64,000 bases of DNA, taken from the human T2T-CHM13v2.0 reference genome, Homo sapiens. The notes under the pieces were generated by a model. It worked only from the letters and a program-made list of their open reading frames with translations, was not told where the DNA came from and made no database searches. Numbering within the stretch: the stretch's first letter is position 1; every line of letters starts with the position of its first letter. Shown piece by piece: positions 13,272 through 25,696 of the stretch. The DNA lies in the NCBI RefSeq assembly GCF_009914755.1, contig NC_060932.1, one strand, 5' to 3'. The translations under genes were made by a program, and so were the position numbers.

Positions 13272-15159
13272 ATGTAGGATTTTGAAAGACTTTCAAGTAG
13301 AATTACTTTCCAGAGACCAGATACTTAAATTTCATTAATTCAGCTTGTGCTGTACTGAAATATACCTTTACATTACCTTGAAAGAAAAGGTACATTTCAT
13401 TTTGACAAAGAGAAAATGAGTTTGAGCTCTGTATTATTGGAAACCTGAATTCAAGAGGTTTTAATATATAGACATATTTATAATAATTAAGATAATAAAT
13501 TTATTTTTAAAGAATCTAGCACAGTTGTCACAGCATGCAAATGTACTGTTTCATATATAAATGTTTCTTATCCTGTAGCAGGACAGACAAAAACCCGTGT
13601 TTGGTTATACTTTTTAGCAGTAATGTTGAGTCAGACCATGGACTTAACCATACCAAGAGTACATTTTAATAACATAGAGTATGAGTTAGATTGTTCTCTT
13701 TCAGCTAACCTAAATTAGTGTTTATTTTACTATATGTCTCAACACAACACCAAATTCAAATATGGTAATAGTGGAAGTGGTAATAATAATGATAATAATA
13801 ACAACATATCACATTAAAAGAGTTCTAAATAATCGACCATGCATTTTCCTATACATTGTCTTATTTTACATGAAAAGCTAGTAGACTAATTTACATGTGA
13901 ATTCAGAAACATCTCAGAGAATTAGTCCAGGAAATATTTTTCTAACTCTTACTTTCCTAGATGATTGTTTGGGGACAATGCCGTTGTGTTCAATTAAGAA
14001 GTTGCTGATTTATGAAAGACAGCATTTTATTACCACTAAACTCACAGGACAATCTGAAAGATGAGAGTTGGGGATACTTGTATCGAGAGGACTCCTGAAC
14101 CCCAGAACTGTCCAGTGATGAGACAGAATGGGTCTTGGATCAAGATCCACAGGGTCTGGTTTTTATCCTATGGTTGTCACTGATGTCGTAGTTGTTGGAC
14201 TGTAATATGCCCATTTCCTTGCTTTTTAAACTGAGATACTAAACTAGATAACCTCCCTATCTACCTCCAAAACCTCATGACTTTGCAATGTGGCCCTCCT
14301 GACAAACATAAGCGGCACAGTTAGAAATACGTACAGGAAAATAGATGCATAATTTCATGGAAGATCACCTTTGTCCCAAACTCTTGAAGGCTGACTCCTA
14401 GGGGAGTCCCTTTGGTTGGAGTTAATATGTCCCTCATGTGTAACCATTAGTGAGGTTTTGTAAAGTGGCAGACAGCATTCTTGGATTATATTCAATTTTA
14501 AAATTACAATTTAGAAAAATTAAAAATCACTTAACTCCATGTCTAGTGTCAAATCTAGGACTTAACAGGTTTCCAACACATCTGAGAATTCATTAGCATT
14601 CTTTTTCTTTTGTTCTTTGACTTCTCTTGACTTCACGCTCTGTGTACTGATTCTTCCTCAGCCATGCGAGAAGATCTAAAAGTATCTGTCTACAATACTT
14701 ATTTTTTTAATGCTGAACAATTCCTCTCCCCAGGCTAGTGTTAATTATACTGTCAGGATGCACCGGTAGAGCTAGCTCAGTCAAAAAGAAAGAAAGAAAA
14801 AAAACTATTGATAACTTGAGGCAAAGTTCTGTGGTTGAGATCACAGCAGAAGCAGCTGGTGGATGGGGAATTAAACTTCTGTATGACCCTCTGTGTGGAT
14901 GTGTGTAGATGTGTGATGAGCGGTGATTTAGTGAGGTTGAAGATAATCGTCTTTTATTTGCTTGGCTCCATCTCTGAGGCTCTTCAAATGATTTATACTT
15001 CAGGAGAATGTACCTGTCTATCGTTAGGGAATGAGGCAGACTTTACCCCAACCCTTTTTTTGGGGGTCCTACACTGACCTAGGACCCAACCATTAATTCT
15101 ATTGTCTCCAAAATCAACTGCTAATGTCCTGCCTCTGCTGTGAGGCAGCCCCGACTATC

Positions 15160-15670
<511 letters not shown>

Positions 15671-16982
15671 TCTCCTCAAATTCATCTTCCAAGCGTGATA
15701 GCAGTCATGTTGTTGCAGACCAATGGTCCTAAATTCTTCCTCCTTCCTGCTTTGTAGTCTGTCTTTGTATATTGTCCTCCTGTAATGATTCTCAGACTTT
15801 TGGACTTGTAAAATTTAAGGAGAGTTTTGAGAGCTGCCATAGGGATGCAAATGTTTTATTTAGCAAAATACATGAAAAAGAAACGCCAAAATATCTACCA
15901 CTTACTGTTACCATTATTTTGTCAAAGGTATGACATTCCAACACTCAAAGGCAGAGAGGATGTCCTGAAATAAAGGACAGTCTCTAAAAGTAATAAATTT
16001 AGTATGACAGGAATGAAAGCAAAGAAGCTGCCCTTGTTCCACAAGAAAGGAGCTCATGTCATGGGCAGTAAAAGGCCAGGACATTGTGTCCTGTGCACGG
16101 GGGCAACAGGTAAAGTGTCTCTCCCCCAGCACAGACATGCCCCCACCCCCTGAAGCAGTACGAGAGGGTGTGGGGTGGTACCTCTGAGGTTAGTGAGCCA
16201 CTGGCAGGAAAAAATGACAGAGAAGGGTGAAGGGGCAGGAAAGACAAAGAATGAGTAGAATCTAAGAAAACCTGAATAGAGGAGAGTCTGTAGGGTGGAA
16301 GAATGATGGACAGGAAAGAGGACCTTGAAAAATTTTGGTGTGCTTTTTTTTTCTCAGAGACCGAAGTGAAAAGTAAATTATTTTTCAACAATTTAGGATC
16401 ATGAACTGATTTTTTTTAAAGGAATCTATGAGTAGAAGCAGGCTGCCTTGGCTTTGTGCAGTTCACATTCCTGTCCCGTAAGTATTACTCTGTGTTGGCG
16501 TTGTCCTCATTTGCTGTAGATGGATCTGGGTGCTGGTGTACAGGAAAACTGCTCTAGCATCCGGGCTGTGGGTGGACACAGGTGTTGGCATGCTCCTTCG
16601 GCCTCAGACCTCACCTGCTCTCCCCACAACCCTGTTTGACCCCTGGGCAGCTCTCCTGTTCTTGATGACTGTTAAAATGACTCTACTGCCACCACCAGTG
16701 CCACTCTTGACACTACAGATTTGGGGCTCCAACCAGGGCCAAGCTGGGGCAAGACTCTCTCCTTCACTTTACAAATTTAGTATCAGGTTCTATAGAGGGT
16801 CGCCGGGTTTTTCAGGTTTTAAGTCTTCAGAGAGTGCTCCAGGGAGCACTTGAGAAACACCACTTACAAGTTATCCTTTTTGATGCTGCTGAATATTTGG
16901 GGATAGAGTCAGAGCTAACTCACTCCTAATTCCAGTCTGCCTACCTTTCCTTCTCTTTCAGCATCAACTTTTTAAATGTAGG

Positions 16983-17385
16983 TGTCTTAGTTGGGGTTTC
17001 CTAGGGAACAGACTCTGGGATAGAGATTTGTGTGCAGAAGGTTCCCTGGGGCTGGTGTCACAGTGCACAACTGCAGGGGTGTGAATGTAGCAGGACGGGG
17101 CCGTGGAGGTGGACTGTGATGCTGGCTCAGCACAATTTCCCTGGATTGAGGGCCTCTGGGTAGGGACAGCCCTTTGGTCTTTGAGCCACACTGGCCAGTC
17201 ATTTGGCTGCAGCCTGCTCTGGGGCGGGGCGGGGTGTGATCTTGGCCACATGACTCTCTGACTGAGGCTAATTTTGGGTTGAGTTATAGCTAAGTTCTGT
17301 CTGCCACCTAAGTCCTCAGCATTGGGCTGTAAGGGCTTCAGTCGTACAGAAGGCGTCTGGGTGGTGCACACCACACTATCCATGA
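16983..17385 (-). mobile_element. LTR16-like ERVL solo LTR
   Basis: tgtcttagttggggtttcctagggaacagactctgggatagagatttgtgtgcagaag ... ggccagtcatttggctgcag. Confidence 0.7.
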
Positions 17386-17884
17386 CTAGAAGACTTAGGA
17401 CTTACCCCCTCCTTCCTTTGTTCCCATCCAGGTGTTTATGGCATTTCCAGTGCAGGGTCACACTGAAGTTCTACAAATCCCAAAGTCCACAAATCCCAAA
17501 GTCCTCATCATCATTATTATTTTTTTAAGGAAGCCTACTTGGACCTATGCAAAATGAATTCCAGGAGTTTTCAGGGAAATTCCTGAGAGGTCCTTGACTG
17601 GGTTTGCTACCCTAGCCAGTTCACATTAATATTTATTCTGACCTTTGTAAAAGGTGTGCTTTACGTGTAGCCTTCAATTATTGTAATTTCAATTCTCGTT
17701 TGCAGATTTATGAATAATGAGACCTAGACTCAGTGAAGGCAAACACTTGTCCAAGGCTGTACAACTAGTGTTGGGATCAGAGTGATAACCTCAAAGCCGT
17801 GCTCATTCCTACTTCCTTCCCCAGCCACATTCCTTGCCCATCCCTCATGAGATGGTTTTTATGCAAGAGACTGGTGCTTGCTTT

Positions 17885-18643
17885 CTTTTTTTTTTTTTTT
17901 ATGGTTTATCCTTTTATTGTTTCTCCTTTTATCAAAATGTGTCACAGCTGGGAACCAAGAGGAAGTAAAAAAAATACCCACAAATATTCCCGCTGACTTC
18001 CCATTAGTCCTCCCCCAACCCCCCACCCAGGGCTTCCAGCCAACCCCGAGCACACATGATCATCTCCCCCCACCCTCAGGCTTCTCCCAGCAATAAATAC
18101 AGGTGACCATGATTCAGTGAAACCACAACTGATTTCTCCACCTTAAATACCCCTCAAAGGGGACAAGAAGGGGGCAAAAGAAGTTTAATGCCCATCCCCT
18201 AAGAGGTGTAGAAACGTCCTTCTGCCAAGGGACAGAGGAGGTAGAACTGCCCCTCTCAGAACTGCAGCAGCTCTACAAGGAATCGAGGAGAGGAAAGGGA
18301 TAGAATGAGAGGGAAAAGGATGTTCTTTAGCAAACTCACTCCTTTGATCCATTTATCCTGTCCCAGGTAAGGGGTGGTCCCAGTGTATCGGTGGGGCATA
18401 AAAAGGGGAGGGCTGACAGAGTAGAGCCTGGAGGAAGAAATGAAAGGAGGGAGAGCAATCTGGTGGGAGGGAAGGGGGTAAAGGGGCCCTAACTCATTGC
18501 CCTCACCTTCTTCCAAGAAATGGCATCAACATACAAGAGGCATGAATGGATAGAGTCTGGGGGAGTTCAGGGCTCCTAAATAAGGGAAAGAGAAGGGGCG
18601 ACAAGGGCCCTGTGGTTTCCTGGTCTTCATAAATGAATGTGCT
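17885..18643 (-). pseudogene. 5'-truncated processed retrocopy of an mRNA 3' end (3'UTR-like); parent not identified
   Basis: T15 at 17886-17900 (poly-A on -); AATAAA on - at 17913-17918; direct repeats agagactggtg(c/g)tt(g/t)cttt at 17866-17884 and 18644-18662 (17/19); body matches no repeat I recognise. Confidence 0.75.
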
Positions 18644-18662
18644 AGAGACTGGTGGTTTCTTT

Positions 18663-19055
18663 TTGGCAAATCCAAAGGACAGTTTGGGTCCTCTTTTTAT
18701 ACTTGGCCTCTCTTCAGTAACTGACTGTTGACCAGTTGCCTCTAAAAACATTTTCTTCTTTTGGCTTCTGTTATTAATATTTTATGCTCACTTGGCTTTT
18801 CTCCTTCCTTTCTGCTTAGCTTTCCCATCTTGTCTTTAGCGCGCCTGTCTCTGTCTTTGCATTAGATATTTCTGTTCCCTGAAGTTTGGTCTTATCTTCT
18901 CATTCTATGCTGTCTCTCTATGTATCTTATTTACTCTCGCAGGTTTGTTACTTTTTATAGGCTAAGGGCTCCTATCCCCATGTTTCTACCCCAGATTCTA
19001 CTTTTGAATCCATGTAGGCAGCCAGCTGTCTGCTGAACATCTCTACTTCAATGCA
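18663..19055 (+). mobile_element. L2 fragment (host of the retrocopy)
   Basis: ggcaaatccaaaggacag...cttggcctctc...aaacattttcttcttttggcttc...ctgctgaacatctctactt follows the L2 consensus. Confidence 0.65.
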
Positions 19056-19439
19056 CCATTGGTCCTACCAGGCAACAGTTATACTATTGAGCACTATTTG
19101 GTTCAAATTAATATTGAAACAAAACTGAAATCTGAATTCACTAAGTCCAAAATGGGGAAGCCATTGGATAATGTGACCAAATCATGGGCACCTGGCATGG
19201 GGAACTCTAGTACATTGAACCTGGCCGCAATCACATGTCCTGGATTCTTTTGGTGTACTGGCTCCAGGATGATGGCTGGTAGATCATAACTCCTATTGCA
19301 GAGCTCCATAGTACGAGAGGAAAAGAGTGCTTCTCTTTAGCTCCATTTCAGAAATACCTGGGAAAGTCCCTCCTGGCCCATACTACATGTGCTCACCCTG
19401 AAGACCAATCACTGTCGCCACATAATAATAACAATAACA

Positions 19440-19685
19440 ACAACGATAATTTTAAAGGTAACCACATTGTTGAATACATTTATTTTTGGGGCAGGCACCA
19501 TGCTCAAGATGTGTGTTTATGATTTCACATAACCCTTACAATAACTTCCTATGCAGGTACTATTATTATTTCCATTTTATAGAAAAAGACTGAGTTAGAA
19601 AAATTGAGTAACAGATGTGCAAATTCACACATCTATTAAGAGGAGGAACAATAATTCATATCTAGACAGTTGGACTCCAGAACCT
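19440..19685 (-). mobile_element. MIR
   Basis: caggtactattattatttccattttatagaaaaagactgag. Confidence 0.65.
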
Positions 19686-19810
19686 GTGATGATCATTAGA
19701 GAGCTCTTACTCCCTTCAAAGGTGGAAACACTATTCTTCAGAGAGGGATTGTATCAGCACTTCAGTGTTTCTGTTTTTCTTTTACAAAATACATATAAGA
19801 TAAATTTACC

Positions 19811-20111
19811 TTTTTTTTGTTTTGTTTTTGTTTGAGACAGAGTCTCGTTCTGTCACTGAGAGTGCAGTGGTGCAATCTCGGCTCACTGCAAGCTCCACCT
19901 CCCGGGTTCAAGCAATTCTCCCTGCCTCAGCCTCCCTAGTAGCTGGAATTACAGGACTCCACCACCATGCCCAGATAATTTTTGTATTTTTAGTAGAGAC
20001 AGGGTTTCGCCATGTTTGCCAGGCTGGTCTTGAATCCCTAACCTCAGGTGATCTGCCTGTCTCAACCTCCCAAAGTGCTGGGATTACAGGTGTGAGCCAT
20101 TTCACCCGGCC
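19811..20111 (-). mobile_element. Alu (AluS-like)
   Basis: Full dimer; aaattt(a/g)cc on both flanks. Confidence 0.93.
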
Positions 20112-20289
20112 AAATTTGCCATTTTAAAGTGTACAGTTTGGTGGCATTAAGGACCTCTGCAACGCTGTGCAACCACTATACAATTCCGAAATTGTTTCAT
20201 TACTCCAAAGAGAAACCCTGTATCCATTAAGCAATCACTTCCTGTTTCCTCCCTCCACAGCTCCTGGCAACCACAGAACTGCTTTCCGT

Positions 20290-20610
20290 TTTTTTTTTTT
20301 GTTTATGTCTTTGTTTTTTTTTTTTTTTGAGACGGAGTCTTGCTCTGTCGCCCAGGCTGGAGTGCAGGGGCGTGATCTCAGCTCACTGCAAGCTCCGCCT
20401 CCCGGGTTCACGCCATTCTCCTGCCTCAGCCTCCTGAGTAGCTGGGACCACAGGTGCCTGCCACCACGCCCGGCTAATTTTTTGTATATTTTTGTAAAGA
20501 AGGGGTTTCACAGTGTTAGCTAGGATGGTCTCGATCTCCTGACCTCATGATCTGCCCACCTTGGCCTCCCAAAGTGCTGGGATTACAGGCATGAGCTACT
20601 GCGCCCAGCT
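20290..20610 (-). mobile_element. AluY
   Basis: Diagnostic gcaagctccgcctcccgggttcacgccattctc and ggatggtctcgatctcctgacctc. Confidence 0.92.
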
Positions 20611-20785
20611 GTTTTTATGGATTTGCCTATTTTGGATGTTTCACATAAATGGAATCACTCTCAGTAGTTGGCCTTTCGTGTTCGGCTTCTTTCGCTTAGC
20701 ATTATGTTTTTGAATTTCTTACATGTTGTAGTGTGTATTTTATTCTTTCCCACAGCTGAATAATATTCCATTGTTTGGGTTATAT

Positions 20786-21042
20786 CACATATTGTATGCG
20801 GTTACATTCAAATGAACTATCTAGAATAGGCAAACCCATAGACAGAAAGCAAACTAGTGGTTTTCAGGGGGATAGGAGGAGGGGAGGATGGGAGTGAATG
20901 CTAATAGGTATAGGGTTTCTTTTTGGGCTGAAGAAAATGTTCTGGAATTAGACAGTGGTGACATTTGAATAGCATCTTGAGTGTACTAAAATCCATTGAA
21001 CTTTACAGTTTAAATGGTTAAAATGGTGAATTTTTTAAAAAA
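20786..21042 (+). mobile_element. L1MB 3' end, opposite orientation to its neighbour
   Basis: ctagaataggcaaacccatagacagaaagc...gaaaatgttctggaattagacagtggtga...aatggttaaaatggtgaatttt. Confidence 0.82.
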
Positions 21043-21099
21043 GAGAGGACTGGAAAAGAGAAGCTGAGAGATATTCATTGCCATAGTGAGCAGAACATG

Positions 21100-22056
21100 T
21101 CCCCAAATAGATTCAACCTCCTCATCTGTGACCCTCCAACCTGTTCCTCTTCCACATCTCCATGGCAGTGACCAGCACAGCCGTGCATTTAGTTGCTTGA
21201 GTCAGAAAGCCCATGACATCCTTGACTGCTGCTGCTTTCTCATCACCTTCAGTGAAATAACCATGAGGCACATGCCCTCCTCTTCCTAACGTACCTCATC
21301 CATCTTTTTCTGCCTTCACATCATTGTTAGTGTTATTAGTAGTACTTACCCACTTATTCATTCGGCATTTCCTGTGTACCAACCACTGCGCTTTGCTTTA
21401 ATTCAAACCACCCTTTCACACAGCTTTTCTACTTGTCTCCTAGTTGCAATAGGTCCTCATTTTTACCTCCTTCTATTCTATTCTCACTTGCAGAATGATG
21501 TTTTATGAATCTTTGGTCTGCTTGTGTGACTTCCCTTCTTAAAACCTTTTGATAGCTAGCCATCAGCCTCAGACCAAAACAAAATTCCTTAATCAGGCTT
21601 TCAAGGTTGTACTTTTTGATTTGCCATTTCTTAGCCCACAGGCCTCACTTCTCCCCATTCTCTCCTGCTCCTCCCTCCAGGCATCCTGAGTCACTTACCA
21701 TTTGTCAAATATGCCAAGCTGTCTCTCTTGCCTTTGTGCTTTGTGCGTGGTGTTCTCTTTGCCCTAAACACTCTTCCTTTGGACCCTTCTGCACCTAGAT
21801 ATCACCTATCCAAACTTCAGGTCCCAGTTTTGATGGCACTTCATTTGGGAAGTCTTCTCTTGACCCTCTGTGAATGGATTAGGAGCCCGTCCTATGTGCT
21901 AGCACAGAACCCCATACTTAATTCTATTGTCACACACACTACACTTGATTGCAGAGGCCAGTTCAGCTGACTGTAAGCTCCTTGTGGCTTGCATCCTTCA
22001 CATGCCTTTAGTAATGCCTGGCATGACATAGGCTCACATAAATACTGGTTGAATGC
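21100..22056 (+). mobile_element. L2 fragments
   Basis: 3' end atgcctggcatgacataggctcacataaatactggttgaatg. Confidence 0.6.
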
Positions 22057-23072
22057 ATTTCTAAGAAGCTGAGCCTGGCACTGTGCATGAAAGTAGGACA
22101 CCATCAGGGTAAGGGTTCCTTACATGGGCCTTATCACGGTGGCTGCCTCTGTGTCTCCACGTGGCAATGGGAACAAAGACAAAGATGAATGTTTATGGTG
22201 TAAGCCTCTTAATCCATATTGTGACTCATGCCATTAATAGGAATCCTACAGAAATTGGATGAGGATAAATGACAATGTTGCAAGGGTTTATTTAAAAAAA
22301 TGGCTGTAGAATTCTTGCTCACGGATTATGGTCAAGACGTTTTTATAGTCTGTGTTTAGTTCTTTGAAAGAAGAGATTTCAAATAATACTTGAATAATAA
22401 TAATGTTTCAAATAACATTTAATAATACTGTCTCATCCTCCTCCTCCTCACCACTACTAATATCTCCTCATTGCAAATCTCTATTATTTCCCCTTCACTG
22501 AAAGTAAGTCAGTCTAAAGGCATCCATTTCATGGACAATTATTACATATTATACTGATGCAGAGCACATTTAATGACAAGAAATAAAAAGGATTGACTGT
22601 CACTGCAGACTTGTCACATTTGATAGTCTAGAGAATTTTATTTCCCTGTTGTGTGGTGAAGACAGTGTAAAGTCTGCAGTGTGAGCCACCACATTCATTA
22701 TAGACTCAACTCTTCATCCATTTGCTTCCTTAGTTTCTTGAGGGCATATCAAAATATAGAGGAGGTTTTTCCATGAAAAAAAAAAAAAAACAGAAAAAAA
22801 CCCCACAAGTATTTATTTCTACTTTTGTTTTCAACAGATCCTCAAATTGTAATGCATAACCAGGAAATTCTCTGGCAGGAAAAAGGAAATATAATGTTCA
22901 CAGGCCATCCAGTTGAAATTCCCTTCAATTGGATTCAGCATTGATGCCTTTCTGCTCATGGCTTCCTGTAGCCCAAGGAGGCTGAGTAGGAGGTGGAATA
23001 GAAGAGTTTTTGTCTCATTAGCAAGTAGTTGCCTCTGCTTTGTCCAGAGAAGCTGCTCCTGTGAAGATCATC

Positions 23073-23076
<4 letters not shown>

Positions 23077-23116
<40 letters not shown>
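23077..23116. repeat. (TA)n microsatellite in place of an Alu tail
   Basis: About 19 TA units abutting the Alu 3' end. Confidence 0.97.
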
Positions 23117-23411
<295 letters not shown>

Positions 23412-23564
23412 CACTGATACTTTAATCACTATAGTCAGAAGTGCTGCCTCGATTACCCCAGCTTCTGGAAACAGAGGAGAGGAAGCTGTAGTTGGAGGTT
23501 CTGACCAATGGCCAGGGAGGTGTATCTTCAGCTAGAGAAATGAGAGTTCTTGGGCTGCTTTTAG

Positions 23565-23755
23565 AGGAGCAGTGTGGTACGGTGGAAAGATTACAGGCTT
23601 CAGAGCCAGCCGGATCTAGCCTTATATTATAGCTTTCTCAGTTTCTGTCTGTGCAATTGTTACTGGAAATTCCTGAGTCTGAGTTTCCTCACCTATAAAA
23701 TGGACTCAATAATTTCTACCTTGAAGTGTTATTGTGAGGGATAAATAATAAAAAT
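23565..23755 (+). mobile_element. MIR
   Basis: gagcagtgtggtacggtggaaaga...gagtttcctcacctataaaatgg. Confidence 0.7.
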
Positions 23756-23804
23756 AATGAACAAATATTGAGTTTATGTTTTGGGCCAGGCTCTGTGCTA
23801 TGTC

Positions 23805-24147
23805 TTTTTTTTTCTTTTTTTTTTGAAACAGGGTCTCGCTCTGTTGCCCAATCTGGAGTGCAGTGGTATGATCTTAGCTCACTGCAAACTCCACCACTGC
23901 CCTCGCCCACCCACTGCCTGGGTTCAAGGGATCCTCCTACCTCAGTCTCCTGAGTAGCTGGGACCACAGGGATGTGCCACCACGCCAGGCTTATTATTTT
24001 TGTACTTTTAGTAGAGACGGTGGGTGGTGGTGGGGGGGTGTCTCATCATGTTGCTCAGGCTGGTCTCGAACTTCTGAGCTCAAGCTATTCACCTGCCTCA
24101 GCCTCCCAAAGTGTTGAGATTACAGGCGTGAGCTACCACGCCCGGCC
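23805..24147 (-). mobile_element. AluJ with internal GC-rich insertions, inside a minus-strand MIR (about 23755-24380)
   Basis: Full dimer; the MIR resumes as ...aaacagctggtaagagccagagc. Confidence 0.9.
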
Positions 24148-24954
24148 TGTGGTACGTCTTTTATAAACACTATCTATTTTATCTTCCTGACAAGCACCAG
24201 GTTGTTTTTTCTTATTCCATATTGCCGTGAAGACACAGCTTTAGAGGGTCAGTCAGAAGTGCTGCCCTGATTGCCTGAGCTTCTAGTTCAGTAATTGAAT
24301 AATTTACCTCATGTCAAACAGCTGGTAAGAGCCAGAGCCTGGGGAAACCCAAGCCAGTAGGTCTCAATGTTGTGGCCTTAACATTGATACTAGTTTTTCT
24401 TAAGCTAAACTAATGTACTAATCCTTTTAAGGAAAAAAAATTATTGGGCCCTTATTTGGATGTAAACTATTCTGTTAAATATTGATATTTGCATAAGCTG
24501 AAAATGTAAGTTTAAGATGAAAAATGTAAGTATATATCTGATAGTATGTGAGAGAGATGTTGATTTCCTGTTTGTTGCAGCCCAAATATGCTGCTGACTA
24601 CTACAGGCAAAAGAACTTTTGAGATCAGCATGACTCTTGTACTCCGGGCCCTGCCATACTCCAATTTTCCTGCCACTTTTCTCCATGGGAACTACTGCAA
24701 GGCCTTTTGTCTTGTAGCCTCTGATGTCATTGGGCCTTCGTTTGGCTGAAAAGCAGGATTTCCATATGAAATTCACTTTTGTTAATTTCACATTAGCCTT
24801 AGATACAGTGCCACGGGGTGCCAACACATTCATAAAAACAAATGCTGAGGCAGGCAGTTTATACCAATGTTCTCAAATTTAAGTAATAGGCCTCTTTAAA
24901 GGAGAAAGAATTTCTTGGTCCTATTAAGTTATAAGGTTGTTATCCATTGATTGA

Positions 24955-25389
<435 letters not shown>

Positions 25390-25574
25390 TGAGGGCCTCA
25401 GGGAAGCACCGATCTTCACAGTGTTGGTCTTCATAATGCTGCCTTGACAACAGAAAAGTGGACAGAAAGGGTTTGGTTGCAGCAAGTGTGTGTCAAGTGT
25501 GAAATAAATATGTATTTCATTACATTTTTAACTATATTTTTTGAATAGGCAATATATTCACATGGTCCAAAATA

Positions 25575-25696
25575 TTATTTTATTTTTTTAGAGACTGGGC
25601 CTTGCCCGGTCACCCAGGCTGGAGGGGTGCAATCATGGCTCACTGTCGCTTCGATTTCCTGGGCTCATGTGATCTTCCCTCCTCAGCCTCCTGAGT
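25575..25696 (-). mobile_element. AluJ right-arm fragment within an old L1 remnant
   Basis: cacccaggctgga...gcaatcatggctcactg...ctcagcctcctgagt. Confidence 0.8.

Larger units (their letters stand above)
19785..20790 (-). mobile_element. L1MB 3' end, interrupted by two Alus
   Basis: cattttaaagtgtacagtttggtggcattaag...ggatttgcctatttt...gaataatattccattg. Confidence 0.8.

Noticed and set aside
18503-18751. 82 aa minus-strand ORF (…KRGPKLSFGFAKKKPPVSS…) that looked like the C-terminus of the retrocopy's parent protein
   Set aside because: It crosses the right TSD, and its N-terminal part is antisense L2 sequence, so it is a chance chimeric frame
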